Source of the DNA: an uncultured Clostridia bacterium
GTDB lineage: Bacteria > Acidobacteriota > Aminicenantia > JBFLYD01 > JBBIMS01
Assembly: GCA_964649495.1 (NCBI GenBank)
Contig: CAZYPR010000007.1
Location: forward strand, 7,330 to 71,329
Direction of reading: 5' to 3'
DNA length: 64,000 bases
Shown here piece after piece: positions 18,323 through 28,738 of this stretch. The translations under genes and the position numbers were made by a program. The stretch's first letter is position 1. Every line of letters begins with the position of its first letter. The notes under the pieces are model-generated. The model was not told the DNA's origin, did not search any database, and saw nothing but the letters and a program-made list of their open reading frames with translations.

Positions 18323-20914
18323 ATGAGGATGGATAGATTTACTATAAAAGCGCAGGAGGCTCTTGCAGAATCGCAAAAACTTTGTCAGAATCTCTCTCAT
18401 CAGGAAATACTTCCTGAGCATGTTCTTCATGTGTTCATGGAGGATAACCAATCTATCCCCTCTCTTATTTTGGAAAAAATAGGAATCGACCCATCCATAA
18501 TCCTTCAAAAAACAAAAAAATATCTTGAAAGAGTCCCAAAGGTTCATGGTGGGGATATATATATTTCAAAAAGATTGGCGAATGTTCTAAATAATGCTGA
18601 AGGTATAGCTGAATCCCTGAAAGATGATTATATTTCAACTGAACATATACTTATTTCAATTTACAAAGAAGATAGTAATGCGAGCAGAATTCTAAGAGAG
18701 AGTGGAGTGACTGAAGAGAATCTTCTTGCAAGTTTAAGGTCTATAAGAGGGACACAGAGGGTAACTGATCAGAGTCCTGAGGAAAAGTATCAGGCTCTAC
18801 AGAGATTTGGGAGAGATTTGACAGAACTTGCAAGGAAAGGGAAGCTTGACCCTGTAATTGGAAGGGATGATGAGATTAGAAGAGTTATGCAGGTTCTTTC
18901 AAGGAGGACAAAGAACAATCCTGTTTTAATCGGAGAGCCTGGTGTTGGAAAAACAGCTATTGTTGAAGGACTTGCTCAAAGGATTGCAAAGGGAGATGTT
19001 CCAGAAATACTCAAGAACAAAAGGATCATTGCCCTGGATATAGGAGCCATTGTGGCAGGGACAAAGTACAGGGGAGAATTTGAGGACAGATTGAAAGCAG
19101 TGATAAAGGAGGTGGTCGAATCCAACGGTGAAATAATTCTTTTCATAGATGAGCTCCACACAATTGTTGGAGCGGGTGCTGCTGAAGGTGCTGTGGATGC
19201 ATCAAACATGTTGAAACCCCCCCTCGCAAGGGGTGAGTTAAGGGCAATTGGAGCAACCACATTAACAGAATATAAAAAACATATTGAGAAAGACCCTGCT
19301 CTTGAAAGGCGGTTCCAGCCTGTTTATGTAGGTGAACCATCTGTTGAGGATACAATTTCTATTTTAAGAGGTTTAAAGGAAAAGTATGAAGTTCACCATG
19401 GTGTTAAGATAAAGGATTCCGCTCTTGTAACTGCAGCAGTTCTTTCCCATAGATATATTTCTGATAGGTTTCTTCCCGATAAAGCCATAGACCTTATAGA
19501 TGAAGCATCAGCAAGACTTAGAATGGAGATAGACTCAGTCCCTGTTGAGATTGATGAGGTAGAAAGAAAGATTCTTCAACTGGAGATAGAAAGATCCGCA
19601 TTGAAAAAGGAAAATGATCCCGCATCTGCTGAAAGACTTTCCAAAATCGAGAGTGAAATAAAGGAGCTTTATTCAAAAAGGGATGAGCTTAGAGCTCACT
19701 GGATGAAAGAGAAGGATTTAATAAAGAAGATTAGAGAGATAAAGGAAAAGATTGACAATGCAAAAGTTGAAGAGGAAATATACGAAAGGAAAGGAGAGCT
19801 GGAGAAGGTTGCTGAGATAAGGTATGGGAGACTTATTGAGCTTCAAAAGGAGCTTGAAAAGGTCTCAAAGGAACTTGTAGTTGTTCAGCAGAAGGGTAAA
19901 ATGCTTAAAGAAGAGGTTGATGATGAGGATGTGGCTGAAATTGTATCAAAATGGACCGGAATACCTGTTACAAAACTTATGGAGGGAGAGAGGGAGAAGC
20001 TTCTCCACATGGAGGAAAAACTCTCTGAAAGGGTCGTTGGTCAGGATGAAGCAGTTCGTTCCGTATCATCTGCTATAAGAAGGGCAAGGTCAGGACTTCA
20101 AGATCCGAGAAGACCCCTTGGTTCCTTCATATTCCTCGGTCCAACAGGTGTTGGAAAAACTGAACTTGCAAAGACCCTCACAGAATTCCTCTTCGATGAT
20201 GAAAGGGCAATGGTGAGGATTGATATGTCTGAATACATGGAGAAACATTCTGTAGCAAAGTTAATTGGCGCACCTCCAGGATATGTTGGATACGAAGAGG
20301 GTGGACAACTTACTGAGGCAATAAGGAGAAGACCATACTCTGTTATTCTTCTTGACGAGATTGAAAAGGCTCACCCTGAAGTTTTCGACATACTTCTTCA
20401 GATTCTTGATGACGGAAGGTTGACAGACTCAAAAGGTAGGACAGTTGATTTTAGAAATACAGTTATAATTATGACATCCAACCTTGGTTCTCAACTAATT
20501 CAGTCTCTTATTTCCAATCCTGAACTCATGAAACAGAAGGTTATGGAAACAGTTCGTGCCTATTTTAAACCCGAATTTTTAAATAGAATAGATGACATAA
20601 TAATATTTAAGCCTCTTTCAAGGGAAGTATTCTCAAAGATTGTTGATTTGAGACTTTCGGAGGTCCAGAAAATCTTGCTTTCCAGGGATATAAGGCTTGA
20701 GTTCACCCCTGAGTTAAAGGAAAAAATTGCAGAGATGGGATACGATTCTCATTATGGAGCAAGACCTCTCAAAAGAGTTATTCAGAAAACAATTCAGGAT
20801 CCCCTTGCAATGGAGATAATATCGGGAAGAATAAGGGATGGGAATTCAGTCAAGGTAGGATGGAATCCTTTTAAACAGGAAGCAACATTTGAGGTGATCG
20901 ATGGAAAAGATTGA
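18323..20914 (+). CDS. clpB: Chaperone ClpB
   Basis: Two AAA+ modules ([16 protein letters not shown]), long coiled-coil middle domain, [13 protein letters not shown]. Confidence 0.97.
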   Translation: MRMDRFTIKAQEALAESQKLCQNLSHQEILPEHVLHVFMEDNQSIPSLILEKIGIDPSIILQKTKKYLERVPKVHGGDIYISKRLANVLNNAEGIAESLKDDYISTEHILISIYKEDSNASRILRESGVTEENLLASLRSIRGTQRVTDQSPEEKYQALQRFGRDLTELARKGKLDPVIGRDDEIRRVMQVLSRRTKNNPVLIGEPGVGKTAIVEGLAQRIAKGDVPEILKNKRIIALDIGAIVAGTKYRGEFEDRLKAVIKEVVESNGEIILFIDELHTIVGAGAAEGAVDASNMLKPPLARGELRAIGATTLTEYKKHIEKDPALERRFQPVYVGEPSVEDTISILRGLKEKYEVHHGVKIKDSALVTAAVLSHRYISDRFLPDKAIDLIDEASARLRMEIDSVPVEIDEVERKILQLEIERSALKKENDPASAERLSKIESEIKELYSKRDELRAHWMKEKDLIKKIREIKEKIDNAKVEEEIYERKGELEKVAEIRYGRLIELQKELEKVSKELVVVQQKGKMLKEEVDDEDVAEIVSKWTGIPVTKLMEGEREKLLHMEEKLSERVVGQDEAVRSVSSAIRRARSGLQDPRRPLGSFIFLGPTGVGKTELAKTLTEFLFDDERAMVRIDMSEYMEKHSVAKLIGAPPGYVGYEEGGQLTEAIRRRPYSVILLDEIEKAHPEVFDILLQILDDGRLTDSKGRTVDFRNTVIIMTSNLGSQLIQSLISNPELMKQKVMETVRAYFKPEFLNRIDDIIIFKPLSREVFSKIVDLRLSEVQKILLSRDIRLEFTPELKEKIAEMGYDSHYGARPLKRVIQKTIQDPLAMEIISGRIRDGNSVKVGWNPFKQEATFEVIDGKD

Positions 20915-21911
20915 GGAAATTCTTATCAATGAGTTAAAAACTATGATTTCTGGGATTAGAAGTGAACCTACTTCCCTTTACCTTCTTCCTGAACTTGTTC
21001 TTTCAATAATTCATAAAGTTAACAATAAAATGACCCCTCTTATCGGGTATACCCAGCTCCTTATGAAGGATTCAGAAGGAGCGGTTCAGGAAAAATTGAA
21101 AAAGATTTACAACAGCAGTTCAGTTGCTGCCTCAATTTTAAGCTCCCTCTTTGAATATTTAAAAACTTTTCCATATCCAAAAAGGGTGTGCGACCTTGGA
21201 GAATTTGTAAGAGAGATTGTGGAGGCTGATCAAAGATTGAAAGAGATAAATTTTAAACTCCTGGTCGATAAAACAGTTACCCTTCCTATAAATAAATTCC
21301 AGATGAAGGAAGTAATTAAGAAAGTAATTGAAAATTCCCTTGAGGCTCTCGACAAGACCGAAAAAAGGCTTGAAATAAATATTTCTGAGGAAGAAAACAA
21401 TGCGGTTATAGAATTCTGGGATAATGGAGAAGGAATAGATAGCGAGAATTTAAATAATGTATTTGAACCATTTTTTACTACTAAGGAGGGAAGGTCAGGT
21501 CTTGGCTTATCCTTTGTTCACGGAGTCGTGAGGAATCATGGAGGAGATGTAAGAGCGGAGAGTGAAAAGGGGAAATGGACAAAAATTACAATCTCTTTAC
21601 CCCTAAAACCATTTGATTGGAAGGAACAGAGAATTGCTCTCCTTGCTCCTGAAAATAATTTCTATGAAATTCTCTTTAAAATCTTAGAATCTGAATCAAT
21701 AAATGTAGATTGGAAAAAAGAGGAAAAAAACCTTGAATATTACACTCATTTAATTGTTGATGAGGATTATAAAAATGCAGAAGATACTCTTAAACTTGCA
21801 GAAAAGCTGAATAAAAAGATAATCTTTATTGGGAGCAAAGATAGAAAAGGCGTTATTTTTATAAGAAAACCAGCCACTCTGGTAAATATAATATCAAAAT
21901 TATATTTGTAG
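20901..21911 (+). CDS. Cytoplasmic histidine kinase with degenerate C-terminal receiver-like domain
   Basis: H-box [31 protein letters not shown]; C-terminal LIVD...FIRKP; no transmembrane or sensor domain. Confidence 0.8.
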   Translation: MEKIEEILINELKTMISGIRSEPTSLYLLPELVLSIIHKVNNKMTPLIGYTQLLMKDSEGAVQEKLKKIYNSSSVAASILSSLFEYLKTFPYPKRVCDLGEFVREIVEADQRLKEINFKLLVDKTVTLPINKFQMKEVIKKVIENSLEALDKTEKRLEINISEEENNAVIEFWDNGEGIDSENLNNVFEPFFTTKEGRSGLGLSFVHGVVRNHGGDVRAESEKGKWTKITISLPLKPFDWKEQRIALLAPENNFYEILFKILESESINVDWKKEEKNLEYYTHLIVDEDYKNAEDTLKLAEKLNKKIIFIGSKDRKGVIFIRKPATLVNIISKLYL

Positions 21912-21919
21912 GAGGACTT

Positions 21920-24640
21920 ATGAAGTACATTTACTTTTTTGCCAATGGAAAAGCTGATGGGAACAAGGACATGAAGGATATCCTTGGAGGGAAGGGAGCG
22001 GGTCTTGCTGAAATGACAAATGCGGGTCTTCCTGTTCCTCCTGGTTTTACAATATCCACCCAAGCTTGCACAGAATTCTATGAAAATGGAGAAAAAATAA
22101 GGGAAGAACTTATGAATCAAGTTAAAGAAGCAGTTAAAAAACTGGAAGAGGTTACATCCAAGGAGTTCGGCGGAAAAGATAATCCACTTCTTGTATCTGT
22201 TCGTTCAGGAGCAAAATTTTCAATGCCAGGAATGATGGACACAATACTTAATCTTGGACTGAATGATGAAACTGTTGAGGGGCTTTCAAAAAAGGCTCAG
22301 AATAGAAGATTTGCCCTCGACTGCTATAGAAGATTCATCCACATGTTTTCAGATGTTGTCCTTGGAATTCCTAAGAGATATTTTGAGGAGATTCTTGATG
22401 AGATTAAAAAAAGGGAGGGGCTTAAATATGATTATGAGCTGGACCAGAAAAACCTTGAGGAGTTAATTTCAAAGTATAAATTCCTTGTAAGAAAGATGAC
22501 GGGATTTGAATTCCCCCAGGATGTTTATCTGCAATTAAAAATGGCAATTGAAGCTGTTTTTAAATCATGGAACAATCCGAGGGCAATAACATATAGAAAG
22601 CTTTACAAGATACCCCATAATTTAGGAACAGCGGTGAATGTGCAAACAATGGTCTTCGGAAATTTTGGTGAGAATTCTGGAACTGGAGTTGGCTTCACAA
22701 GGAATCCTGCTACAGGAGAAAAAGAATTTTATGGTGAATTTCTCGAGAATGCCCAGGGTGAGGATGTTGTCGCTGGAATAAGAACTCCAAAACCGATATC
22801 AAAGCTTAAGGAGATAATGCCTGAAGCATTTGAGCAACTTAGGGAAATCGCTCAAAAACTTGAGATTCATTACAGGGATATGCAGGATTTCGAGTTCACG
22901 ATAGAGAATGGAAAAGTTTACATGCTTCAGACAAGGTCAGGGAAAAGAACAGGACTTGCCAGTGTGAAAATTGCTGTTGATATGGTTGAGGAGGGACTGA
23001 TAGATGAAGAGGAGGCGCTTATTATGGTTGAACCATCATCATTAAACCAACTCCTCCATCCAATCTTTGACCCAAAGGAGAAATCCCAGTATTCTCCTTC
23101 TGCAAGAGGTCTTCCAGCATCTCCAGGGGCAGCATCGGGAAGGATTGCTTTTGATGCTGACAGAGCAGTGGAAATGGCGAAAGAGGGTCCTGTTATCCTT
23201 GTAAGAAGCGAAACCTCTCCTGACGACATTCACGGAATGAGTGCCTCTGTTGGTTTCTTAACTGCAAGGGGTGGACTTACATCCCATGCAGCAGTTGTTG
23301 GAAGGCAGATGGGAAAACCTGCGGTTGTCGGATGTTCAGCCCTTATAATAAATGATAAACAGGGAACCCTTGAAGTTGATGGAAAGGTATTGAAGGAAAA
23401 AGATTGGATCTCCATAGATGGAAATACAGGAGAAGTTTTTCTTGCTAAAATTTCAACCCGTCCCTCTGAAATAATACAGGTCATAAACGGAGAAATGAAA
23501 AAGGAGGACTCAGAAATCTACAAATATTTTGAAAAAATACTTAACTGGGCGGATAAATACAGAAGACTTGGGGTTAGGGCAAATGCTGACATTCCAAAGG
23601 ATGCAAGAACAGCGAGAGCCTTTGGTGCGGAAGGGATAGGACTTTGCAGGACAGAGCACATGTTTTTTGCTAAGGATAGACTCCCTATAATGCAAAAAAT
23701 GATAATGGCTAAGGGTGAAAAGGAGAGGAGAGAGGCCCTCGAAAAACTTCTTCCCCTTCAAAGGGAGGATTTTTACGGACTATTTAAAGAAATGGAAGGT
23801 TTCCCTGTAACAATCAGGACTCTTGATCCCCCCCTTCACGAGTTTCTTCCGAAAAGAGAAGAACTGATGGTTAAAATAGCACTTTTAAAGGCAAAGGACA
23901 GAAAAAAACATGCAAAGAAAATAAAGGAGTTGGAGAAGATCCTCGAGAGGGTAGAGGAACTCCACGAGTTCAATCCAATGCTCGGTCATAGAGGATGCAG
24001 GCTTGGAATAACATATCCTGAGATAACAGAGATGCAGGCAAGAGCAATTTTTGAGGCTGCTGCAAGGATAAAGAAAGAGGGCAAAAATGTGATTCCAGAA
24101 ATAATGATACCTCTTACTGCCTCTAAATCAGAGCTTCAGAATCAGAAAGAGATAATTGATAGAGTTGCTGAAGAGGTTATGAAAAAAGAAAATGTGAAAA
24201 TACAGTATTCAGTAGGAACAATGGTGGAAGTTCCAAGAGCAGCAATAACTGCTGATGAGATAGCAGAAGTTGCTGAATTCTTCTCTTTCGGGACAAATGA
24301 CCTAACTCAGACCGTTTATGGTATATCAAGGGATGATTCAGGAAGATTTACAAAAGTCTATCTCGAAAGAGGGATATGGGAGTTTGACCCATTCCAGTCC
24401 CTTGATCCAAAGGGTGTTGGGAAAATAATGGAATGGGCAGTAAAAGAAGGAAGAAGGAAGAGACCAGATCTGAAAGTGGGAATATGTGGTGAGCATGGAG
24501 GAGATCCTGATTCAATAAAAATTTGCCATGAGATTGGCTTGAACTATGTGAGCGCCTCTCCCTTCAGAATTCCTGTAGCAAGACTCTCAGCGGGAAGATC
24601 TGCAATAATGGAGAAAAAGAAGATAGAGGAGGAAAAGTAG
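21920..24640 (+). CDS. ppdK: Pyruvate phosphate dikinase
   Basis: LGGKGAGLAEM, SVRSGA..SMPGMMDT, GGLTSHAAVV, GIGLCRTEHMF, NPMLGHRGCR, GICGEHGG. Confidence 0.97.
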   Translation: MKYIYFFANGKADGNKDMKDILGGKGAGLAEMTNAGLPVPPGFTISTQACTEFYENGEKIREELMNQVKEAVKKLEEVTSKEFGGKDNPLLVSVRSGAKFSMPGMMDTILNLGLNDETVEGLSKKAQNRRFALDCYRRFIHMFSDVVLGIPKRYFEEILDEIKKREGLKYDYELDQKNLEELISKYKFLVRKMTGFEFPQDVYLQLKMAIEAVFKSWNNPRAITYRKLYKIPHNLGTAVNVQTMVFGNFGENSGTGVGFTRNPATGEKEFYGEFLENAQGEDVVAGIRTPKPISKLKEIMPEAFEQLREIAQKLEIHYRDMQDFEFTIENGKVYMLQTRSGKRTGLASVKIAVDMVEEGLIDEEEALIMVEPSSLNQLLHPIFDPKEKSQYSPSARGLPASPGAASGRIAFDADRAVEMAKEGPVILVRSETSPDDIHGMSASVGFLTARGGLTSHAAVVGRQMGKPAVVGCSALIINDKQGTLEVDGKVLKEKDWISIDGNTGEVFLAKISTRPSEIIQVINGEMKKEDSEIYKYFEKILNWADKYRRLGVRANADIPKDARTARAFGAEGIGLCRTEHMFFAKDRLPIMQKMIMAKGEKERREALEKLLPLQREDFYGLFKEMEGFPVTIRTLDPPLHEFLPKREELMVKIALLKAKDRKKHAKKIKELEKILERVEELHEFNPMLGHRGCRLGITYPEITEMQARAIFEAAARIKKEGKNVIPEIMIPLTASKSELQNQKEIIDRVAEEVMKKENVKIQYSVGTMVEVPRAAITADEIAEVAEFFSFGTNDLTQTVYGISRDDSGRFTKVYLERGIWEFDPFQSLDPKGVGKIMEWAVKEGRRKRPDLKVGICGEHGGDPDSIKICHEIGLNYVSASPFRIPVARLSAGRSAIMEKKKIEEEK

Positions 24641-24807
24641 TTCCTAACTGTCAAAGGAAGAGAAACCGAGTTCTTTTCACTTTTCAGAAAGGAGCTGTTC
24701 TTGTTACAAGAGCTTCCTCAGAGGCTTTACAAAAAGACTGAGAGAATTCGATAGGAAAAGGACAGAATCCATAGCTAAAAGTTAACAGCTGAAAGCTTTA
24801 TTAAAAC

Positions 24808-25470
24808 TCAGTACCAGATTGAAATTCCAGCTAAGATGTGGAGTCCGCTGAGATCGAACTTTTCAAAACCTTGAAATTCATGGGATAGGTTGTCTTTCAG
24901 GAAAACATACTTCGCTTCTCCAAATAAGCCAATTGACCTGCTTATTCTCCAGGAGATTCCTCCTCGAATGTTGGCACCTATTCCAGATGTGCTGGTTTCA
25001 TAACTCCCCGAAAAAACTTCCCAGGTTGTAAAGTCAACGAAATCCCCTTCCTGAACATATTTCCAGAAATATATGCCGAGCCCTCCACCAATGTATGGTG
25101 CAATAGGTCTGTGAGCTCCACCAGGATAAATCTTAAAGGAACCTTCTATCGGAACAATGCTGAGGGAGAGGAACTGATATATAGGAGAACCGTCCTCATA
25201 TTCCCAATCCCTATAAGATGTCGTAATTTCCCTTGAATAGGAACCAACTTCAAGAGAAAAAGAGATATTCCTCTTTACAAAAACCTCCCATTCCACAGAT
25301 AAAAAACTTCCTTCAAAATCCTTTTTTTCAAGATACAAATTCTCCCTGTTTATTTTCCAGAGGTCACTCTCCTGAGAAGGACTGAATTGACCAAATTTTA
25401 ACTTTAGGGAGTCCGAAAAAACAGGAGTTATAACTAAAATAATCGAAGTTAAAATTAAAAACTTTTTCAT
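24808..25470 (-). CDS. Outer-membrane beta-barrel protein (OmpW/OmpA-like 8-stranded type)
   Basis: Signal peptide, PYIGGGLGIY, GLFGEAKY, C-terminal ILAGISIWY. Confidence 0.8.
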   Translation of the reverse strand: MKKFLILTSIILVITPVFSDSLKLKFGQFSPSQESDLWKINRENLYLEKKDFEGSFLSVEWEVFVKRNISFSLEVGSYSREITTSYRDWEYEDGSPIYQFLSLSIVPIEGSFKIYPGGAHRPIAPYIGGGLGIYFWKYVQEGDFVDFTTWEVFSGSYETSTSGIGANIRGGISWRISRSIGLFGEAKYVFLKDNLSHEFQGFEKFDLSGLHILAGISIWY

Positions 25471-25494
25471 GTTTCCTCCTCATATGAAATTTCT

Positions 25495-25511
25495 ATCAAA
25501 TTTGATGCCAG
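25495..25511 (-). promoter_or_regulatory. Putative sigma54 promoter of the barrel gene
   Basis: Minus strand TGGCAT-CAAAT-TTGA (25510-25496), about 25 nt upstream of AGGAGG SD and ATG 25470. Confidence 0.5.
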
Positions 25512-25612
25512 ATTAAATCCCTTATAAATAAATGTTTTGCAATCGTTAATGTGTCATTTTTTAAGGTCAACTGTCCTTATTTTTAATTTTGCAATAAATT
25601 ATTATTTGATAA

Positions 25613-25924
25613 ACTAAGCGAGAAAGGAGGAGGTGGGAGGTAAAAAGAACAATTGAAAACATGTTTTTAGCTGGAATATCTACGAGGAGGGTGAAGGAGG
25701 TTTTAGAACCTCTTATAGGCTCCTCTCCATCAGCTCAGACGGTTTCCAAGTAGCGGGATTAGACAAGCAAGTAAGGAGATTTCACAGCAGGAGGATAGAG
25801 GAATCCTTCAGTTTTTATGATTTTCCTGAGAAGCATCGGAGCAAGATAAGGACAACGAACAGCATAGAGAGGGTATTTGTAGCTGCCTTTGTCAATGAAT
25901 TTACACAAAAATTTTGACATTACC
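25613..25924 (+). mobile_element. IS256-family transposase remnant with internal deletions
   Basis: RRWEVKRTIENMFLAGISTRRVKEVLEPLIG..SAQTVSK* (ATG 25661), then a shifted frame LDKQVRRFHSRRI / FYDFPEKHRSKIRTTNSIER; terminal ATTTACACAAAAATTTTGACATTACC (25899-25924) resembles an IS256 end. Confidence 0.8.
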
Positions 25925-25945
25925 AGCCTGGAATAACTGTCCTTT

Positions 25946-26323
25946 TTATTTTATCTTCTCAATAAAGGCCTTTACTGCCTTCAAATAGTCTTTAACAGCA
26001 TCTGTGTTATAAATCAGCCCCCTGTAATAACCTGCTATGTGTAAAGCATCATAAAGACTATCAAACTCCCTCATGAGTTTTCCATCATGAACCGTTAAGT
26101 GTTTCCGCAATGCCTCCCTGTAGGCATCCACTGATTTTGGAAGCTCTTTTTTGGTGAAACCTTTTTTAGTGATAAGATATTCATTTATTGCCTCTAAGAT
26201 AGCAAGATAGGCTGTTCCAAGTGCTTCTCTTACACGCTTTACATCTGTATAGGTGTTACCCTCTACAGGAACAGATTTTAATATCTCCCTTGCATTATTT
26301 AGATATCTCAATGCCTCTCTCAT
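25946..26323 (-). CDS. DUF5618-like (HEPN/PaREP1-like fold) protein
   Basis: EALRYLNNAREIL...YTDVKRVREALGTAYLAILEAINEYL...LHIAGYYRG; SD AAGGAG. Confidence 0.65.
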   Translation of the reverse strand: MREALRYLNNAREILKSVPVEGNTYTDVKRVREALGTAYLAILEAINEYLITKKGFTKKELPKSVDAYREALRKHLTVHDGKLMREFDSLYDALHIAGYYRGLIYNTDAVKDYLKAVKAFIEKIK

Positions 26324-26463
26324 TTAAGCTCGCTCTCCTTATATAAAAAATAGCATTATCTTCTCAAAATTACAAGATTTTTTACCCCGAATATTTTTGT
26401 CCTCTGTAAGAACAAAAACCATTCCCTTCCACCCATTATTATTGATTTATGGTAAAATTCATT

Positions 26464-26823
26464 ATGAAGATTATATGTCCAACTTGCAAGGCTGTCACCA
26501 TATGGAATGAAAATCCCCGGAGGCCCTTCTGTTCCGAGAGGTGCAAGCTTATTGACCTTGGCAGAAGGGCATTGGAGGAATACAGGATATCTGTTCCTCA
26601 GCAGAGTTCTGACAACAGAGGTCAGGTCTCTAAGGAAGGGATCTGGCTTCTGAGTCATGATTTTATTTATGAGAAAGGAGGATTTTATGAGATATGGAAG
26701 AAGGGATTTTGTAAAAAAATTAACAGGCATTGGAGGTTTGATAACTGCAACCGCAATATTTTCAAGGGCAAACATCCAGAAAGTAAAAGAAATTTCTCAG
26801 AAAGTCAAAGAGAAAACCCCTGA
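26464..26823 (+). CDS. yacG: YacG-like Zn-finger (DNA gyrase inhibitor), possibly degenerate, abnormally long C-terminus
   Basis: CPTC...[26 protein letters not shown]; frame lacks a stop near 60-65 aa and overlaps the next gene by 137 nt. Confidence 0.75.
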   Translation: MKIICPTCKAVTIWNENPRRPFCSERCKLIDLGRRALEEYRISVPQQSSDNRGQVSKEGIWLLSHDFIYEKGGFYEIWKKGFCKKINRHWRFDNCNRNIFKGKHPESKRNFSESQRENP

Positions 26824-27991
26824 AGAAGTAGCCATGGATGAGGATTTCTGGTTTGAGGTTCAGAATGCCTTTACAATTGATAGAAGTATAATAAATCTCA
26901 ACAATGGAGGAGTCCATCCATCTCCAAAAATTGTTCAGGATGCAGTAAAAGAATATATGGACTTTGGAGAAAAATCACCCACTTATACTATGTGGGAGGT
27001 TTTAAAACCATTGATGGAAGTTACAAGAACAAAACTTGCAAGGCTTTTTGGATGTTCTCCTGAAGAGATTGCAATTACAAGAAATGCCACTGAATCACTC
27101 CACAACATTCTTCTTGGATTCCCTATGAACCCTGGTGATGAAATCCTCACAACCACCCAGGATTATCCCTCAATGCAGAATGCCCTAAATCAGAGAGCAA
27201 TGAGGGAAGGGATTGTTGTAAAAAGAGTAAAACTTCCTGTTCCTGTGAAAGACCCTATGGAGGTTGTTGATATAATAAGTAAAGGAATAACTCTGAAAAC
27301 TAAGCTAATACTTATATCTCACATTGTTTTTCTAACAGGTCAGATTATTCCAGTTAGTGAAATATGCAAAGTTGCCCACGAAAAGGGGGTTGAGGTTGTT
27401 GTTGATGGAGCTCATGCATTTGCCCATCTCGATTTCAAAATTACTGACCTCGATTGCGACTATTATGCCACTTCCCTTCATAAATGGCTCATGGCTCCAA
27501 AGGGAACAGGTTTTCTTTATGTTAGGAAAGAAAAAATATCAAAAATTTGGCCTCTCTTTCCCTATGTTGACCCTCTCAGCTCTGACATAAGGAAGTTTGA
27601 GGCAATCGGAACCCACCAGAATGCAATTGAACTTGGAATTGACGAGGCAATTGCCTTTCACAATGGAATCGGTTCAAAGAGAAAGGAAGCAAGATTTAGG
27701 TATCTAAAGGATTACTGGGCTAAAAGAATTTCAGAGCTCACCAATGTGGAATTCAGAGTCCAGCTTGATCCAAAAAATTCATGCGGACTTGCCAATTTTT
27801 ATATTGAGGGAGTAGACCCAACAAAACTTGCAAACCTTCTATTTCAGAAGCATAGAATTGTTGTAACTCCCATAACCCATGAAGAGGTTCCAGGAATACG
27901 AGTCACTCCCAGTCTTTACACAAGACTTGAAGAACTTGACATTTTTGTCGAGACTGTAAGTAAGTACATAAGGGAAGGACTCTCGAGCTAA
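26687..27991 (+). CDS. Class V PLP aminotransferase (isopenicillin-N epimerase/desulfurase-like) with Tat signal
   Basis: ATG 26687 after AGGAGG; GRRDFVKK Tat motif; [30 protein letters not shown]. Confidence 0.85.
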   Translation: MRYGRRDFVKKLTGIGGLITATAIFSRANIQKVKEISQKVKEKTPEEVAMDEDFWFEVQNAFTIDRSIINLNNGGVHPSPKIVQDAVKEYMDFGEKSPTYTMWEVLKPLMEVTRTKLARLFGCSPEEIAITRNATESLHNILLGFPMNPGDEILTTTQDYPSMQNALNQRAMREGIVVKRVKLPVPVKDPMEVVDIISKGITLKTKLILISHIVFLTGQIIPVSEICKVAHEKGVEVVVDGAHAFAHLDFKITDLDCDYYATSLHKWLMAPKGTGFLYVRKEKISKIWPLFPYVDPLSSDIRKFEAIGTHQNAIELGIDEAIAFHNGIGSKRKEARFRYLKDYWAKRISELTNVEFRVQLDPKNSCGLANFYIEGVDPTKLANLLFQKHRIVVTPITHEEVPGIRVTPSLYTRLEELDIFVETVSKYIREGLSS

Positions 27992-28053
27992 TGAATCGAT
28001 AGCGGAGGATTATAAAGCAGTGAGGGAGGCGGGGCGTTTGTATTGTGATTTCT

Positions 28054-28082
28054 TTGACATTTTTAGAAACTATTTGTATATT
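28054..28082 (+). promoter_or_regulatory. sigma70-type promoter of corrinoid gene pair
   Basis: TTGACA(28054-59)-17 nt-TATATT(28077-82); ATG 11 nt downstream, no SD. Confidence 0.7.
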
Positions 28083-28093
28083 AAAAATTAGCC

Positions 28094-28738
28094 ATGAGAA
28101 AAGAAGAATTGTTTGAATTGATGGTAAAGGCAATTGTTGAAGGGAACAGGGAAGAGAGTGCAAGATTGGCGAAGCTCTCCCTTGAATTGAAGATCAATCC
28201 TCAGGAGTCCATTGATCAAGGGTTTTCAAAAGGGATAAGAGAAGTTGGTGCCATGTGGGAGAGGGGAGAGTATTTTCTTCCTGAGCTTCTTATGGGTGCA
28301 GAAGCTATGAAGAGCGCAATGGATGTCCTTACTCCTCATATTATTTCAGACAAATCAATAAGTTTGGGGAAAAAGGTTGTTATAGGGACAGTTGAGGGTG
28401 ATATTCATGACATCGGAAAAAATCTTGTTGCATCAATGCTTGTTGCCAATGGATTTGAGGTGGTTGACCTTGGTGCAGATGTTCCCCTTGAAAAATTCAT
28501 TGTTACTGCAGAGGAAATAAATGCAGATTTTATTTGCATGTCCGCATTACTGACAACAACAATGATAGGTCAGAAGAAGGTCATAGAGATGCTTAAGGAA
28601 AAGGGGGTAAGGGAGAAATATAGGGTTCTTGTTGGAGGAGCACCTGTCAATGAGGAGTGGGCAAAAAGGATTGGAGCAGATGGGACAGCATCCAATGCAG
28701 CTCAGGCAGTCTCTTTAGCCCTTTCTCTATTGAAGTAA
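28094..28738 (+). CDS. Corrinoid (B12-binding) protein, cap plus B12-binding domains
   Basis: GEYFLPELLMGAEAMK cap; GTVEGDIHDIGKNLV (DxHxxG), DLGADVP, SALLTTTM, LVGGAPV. Confidence 0.93.
   Translation: MRKEELFELMVKAIVEGNREESARLAKLSLELKINPQESIDQGFSKGIREVGAMWERGEYFLPELLMGAEAMKSAMDVLTPHIISDKSISLGKKVVIGTVEGDIHDIGKNLVASMLVANGFEVVDLGADVPLEKFIVTAEEINADFICMSALLTTTMIGQKKVIEMLKEKGVREKYRVLVGGAPVNEEWAKRIGADGTASNAAQAVSLALSLLK

Noticed and set aside
24641-24807. Intergenic stretch after ppdK with a short open frame and a TCCTAAC motif
   Set aside because: No start or SD, no recognisable family, and no complementary arm to make an attC or terminator.
26356-26775. 139-aa minus-strand ORF
   Set aside because: Antisense to yacG and the aminotransferase; no motif or SD.
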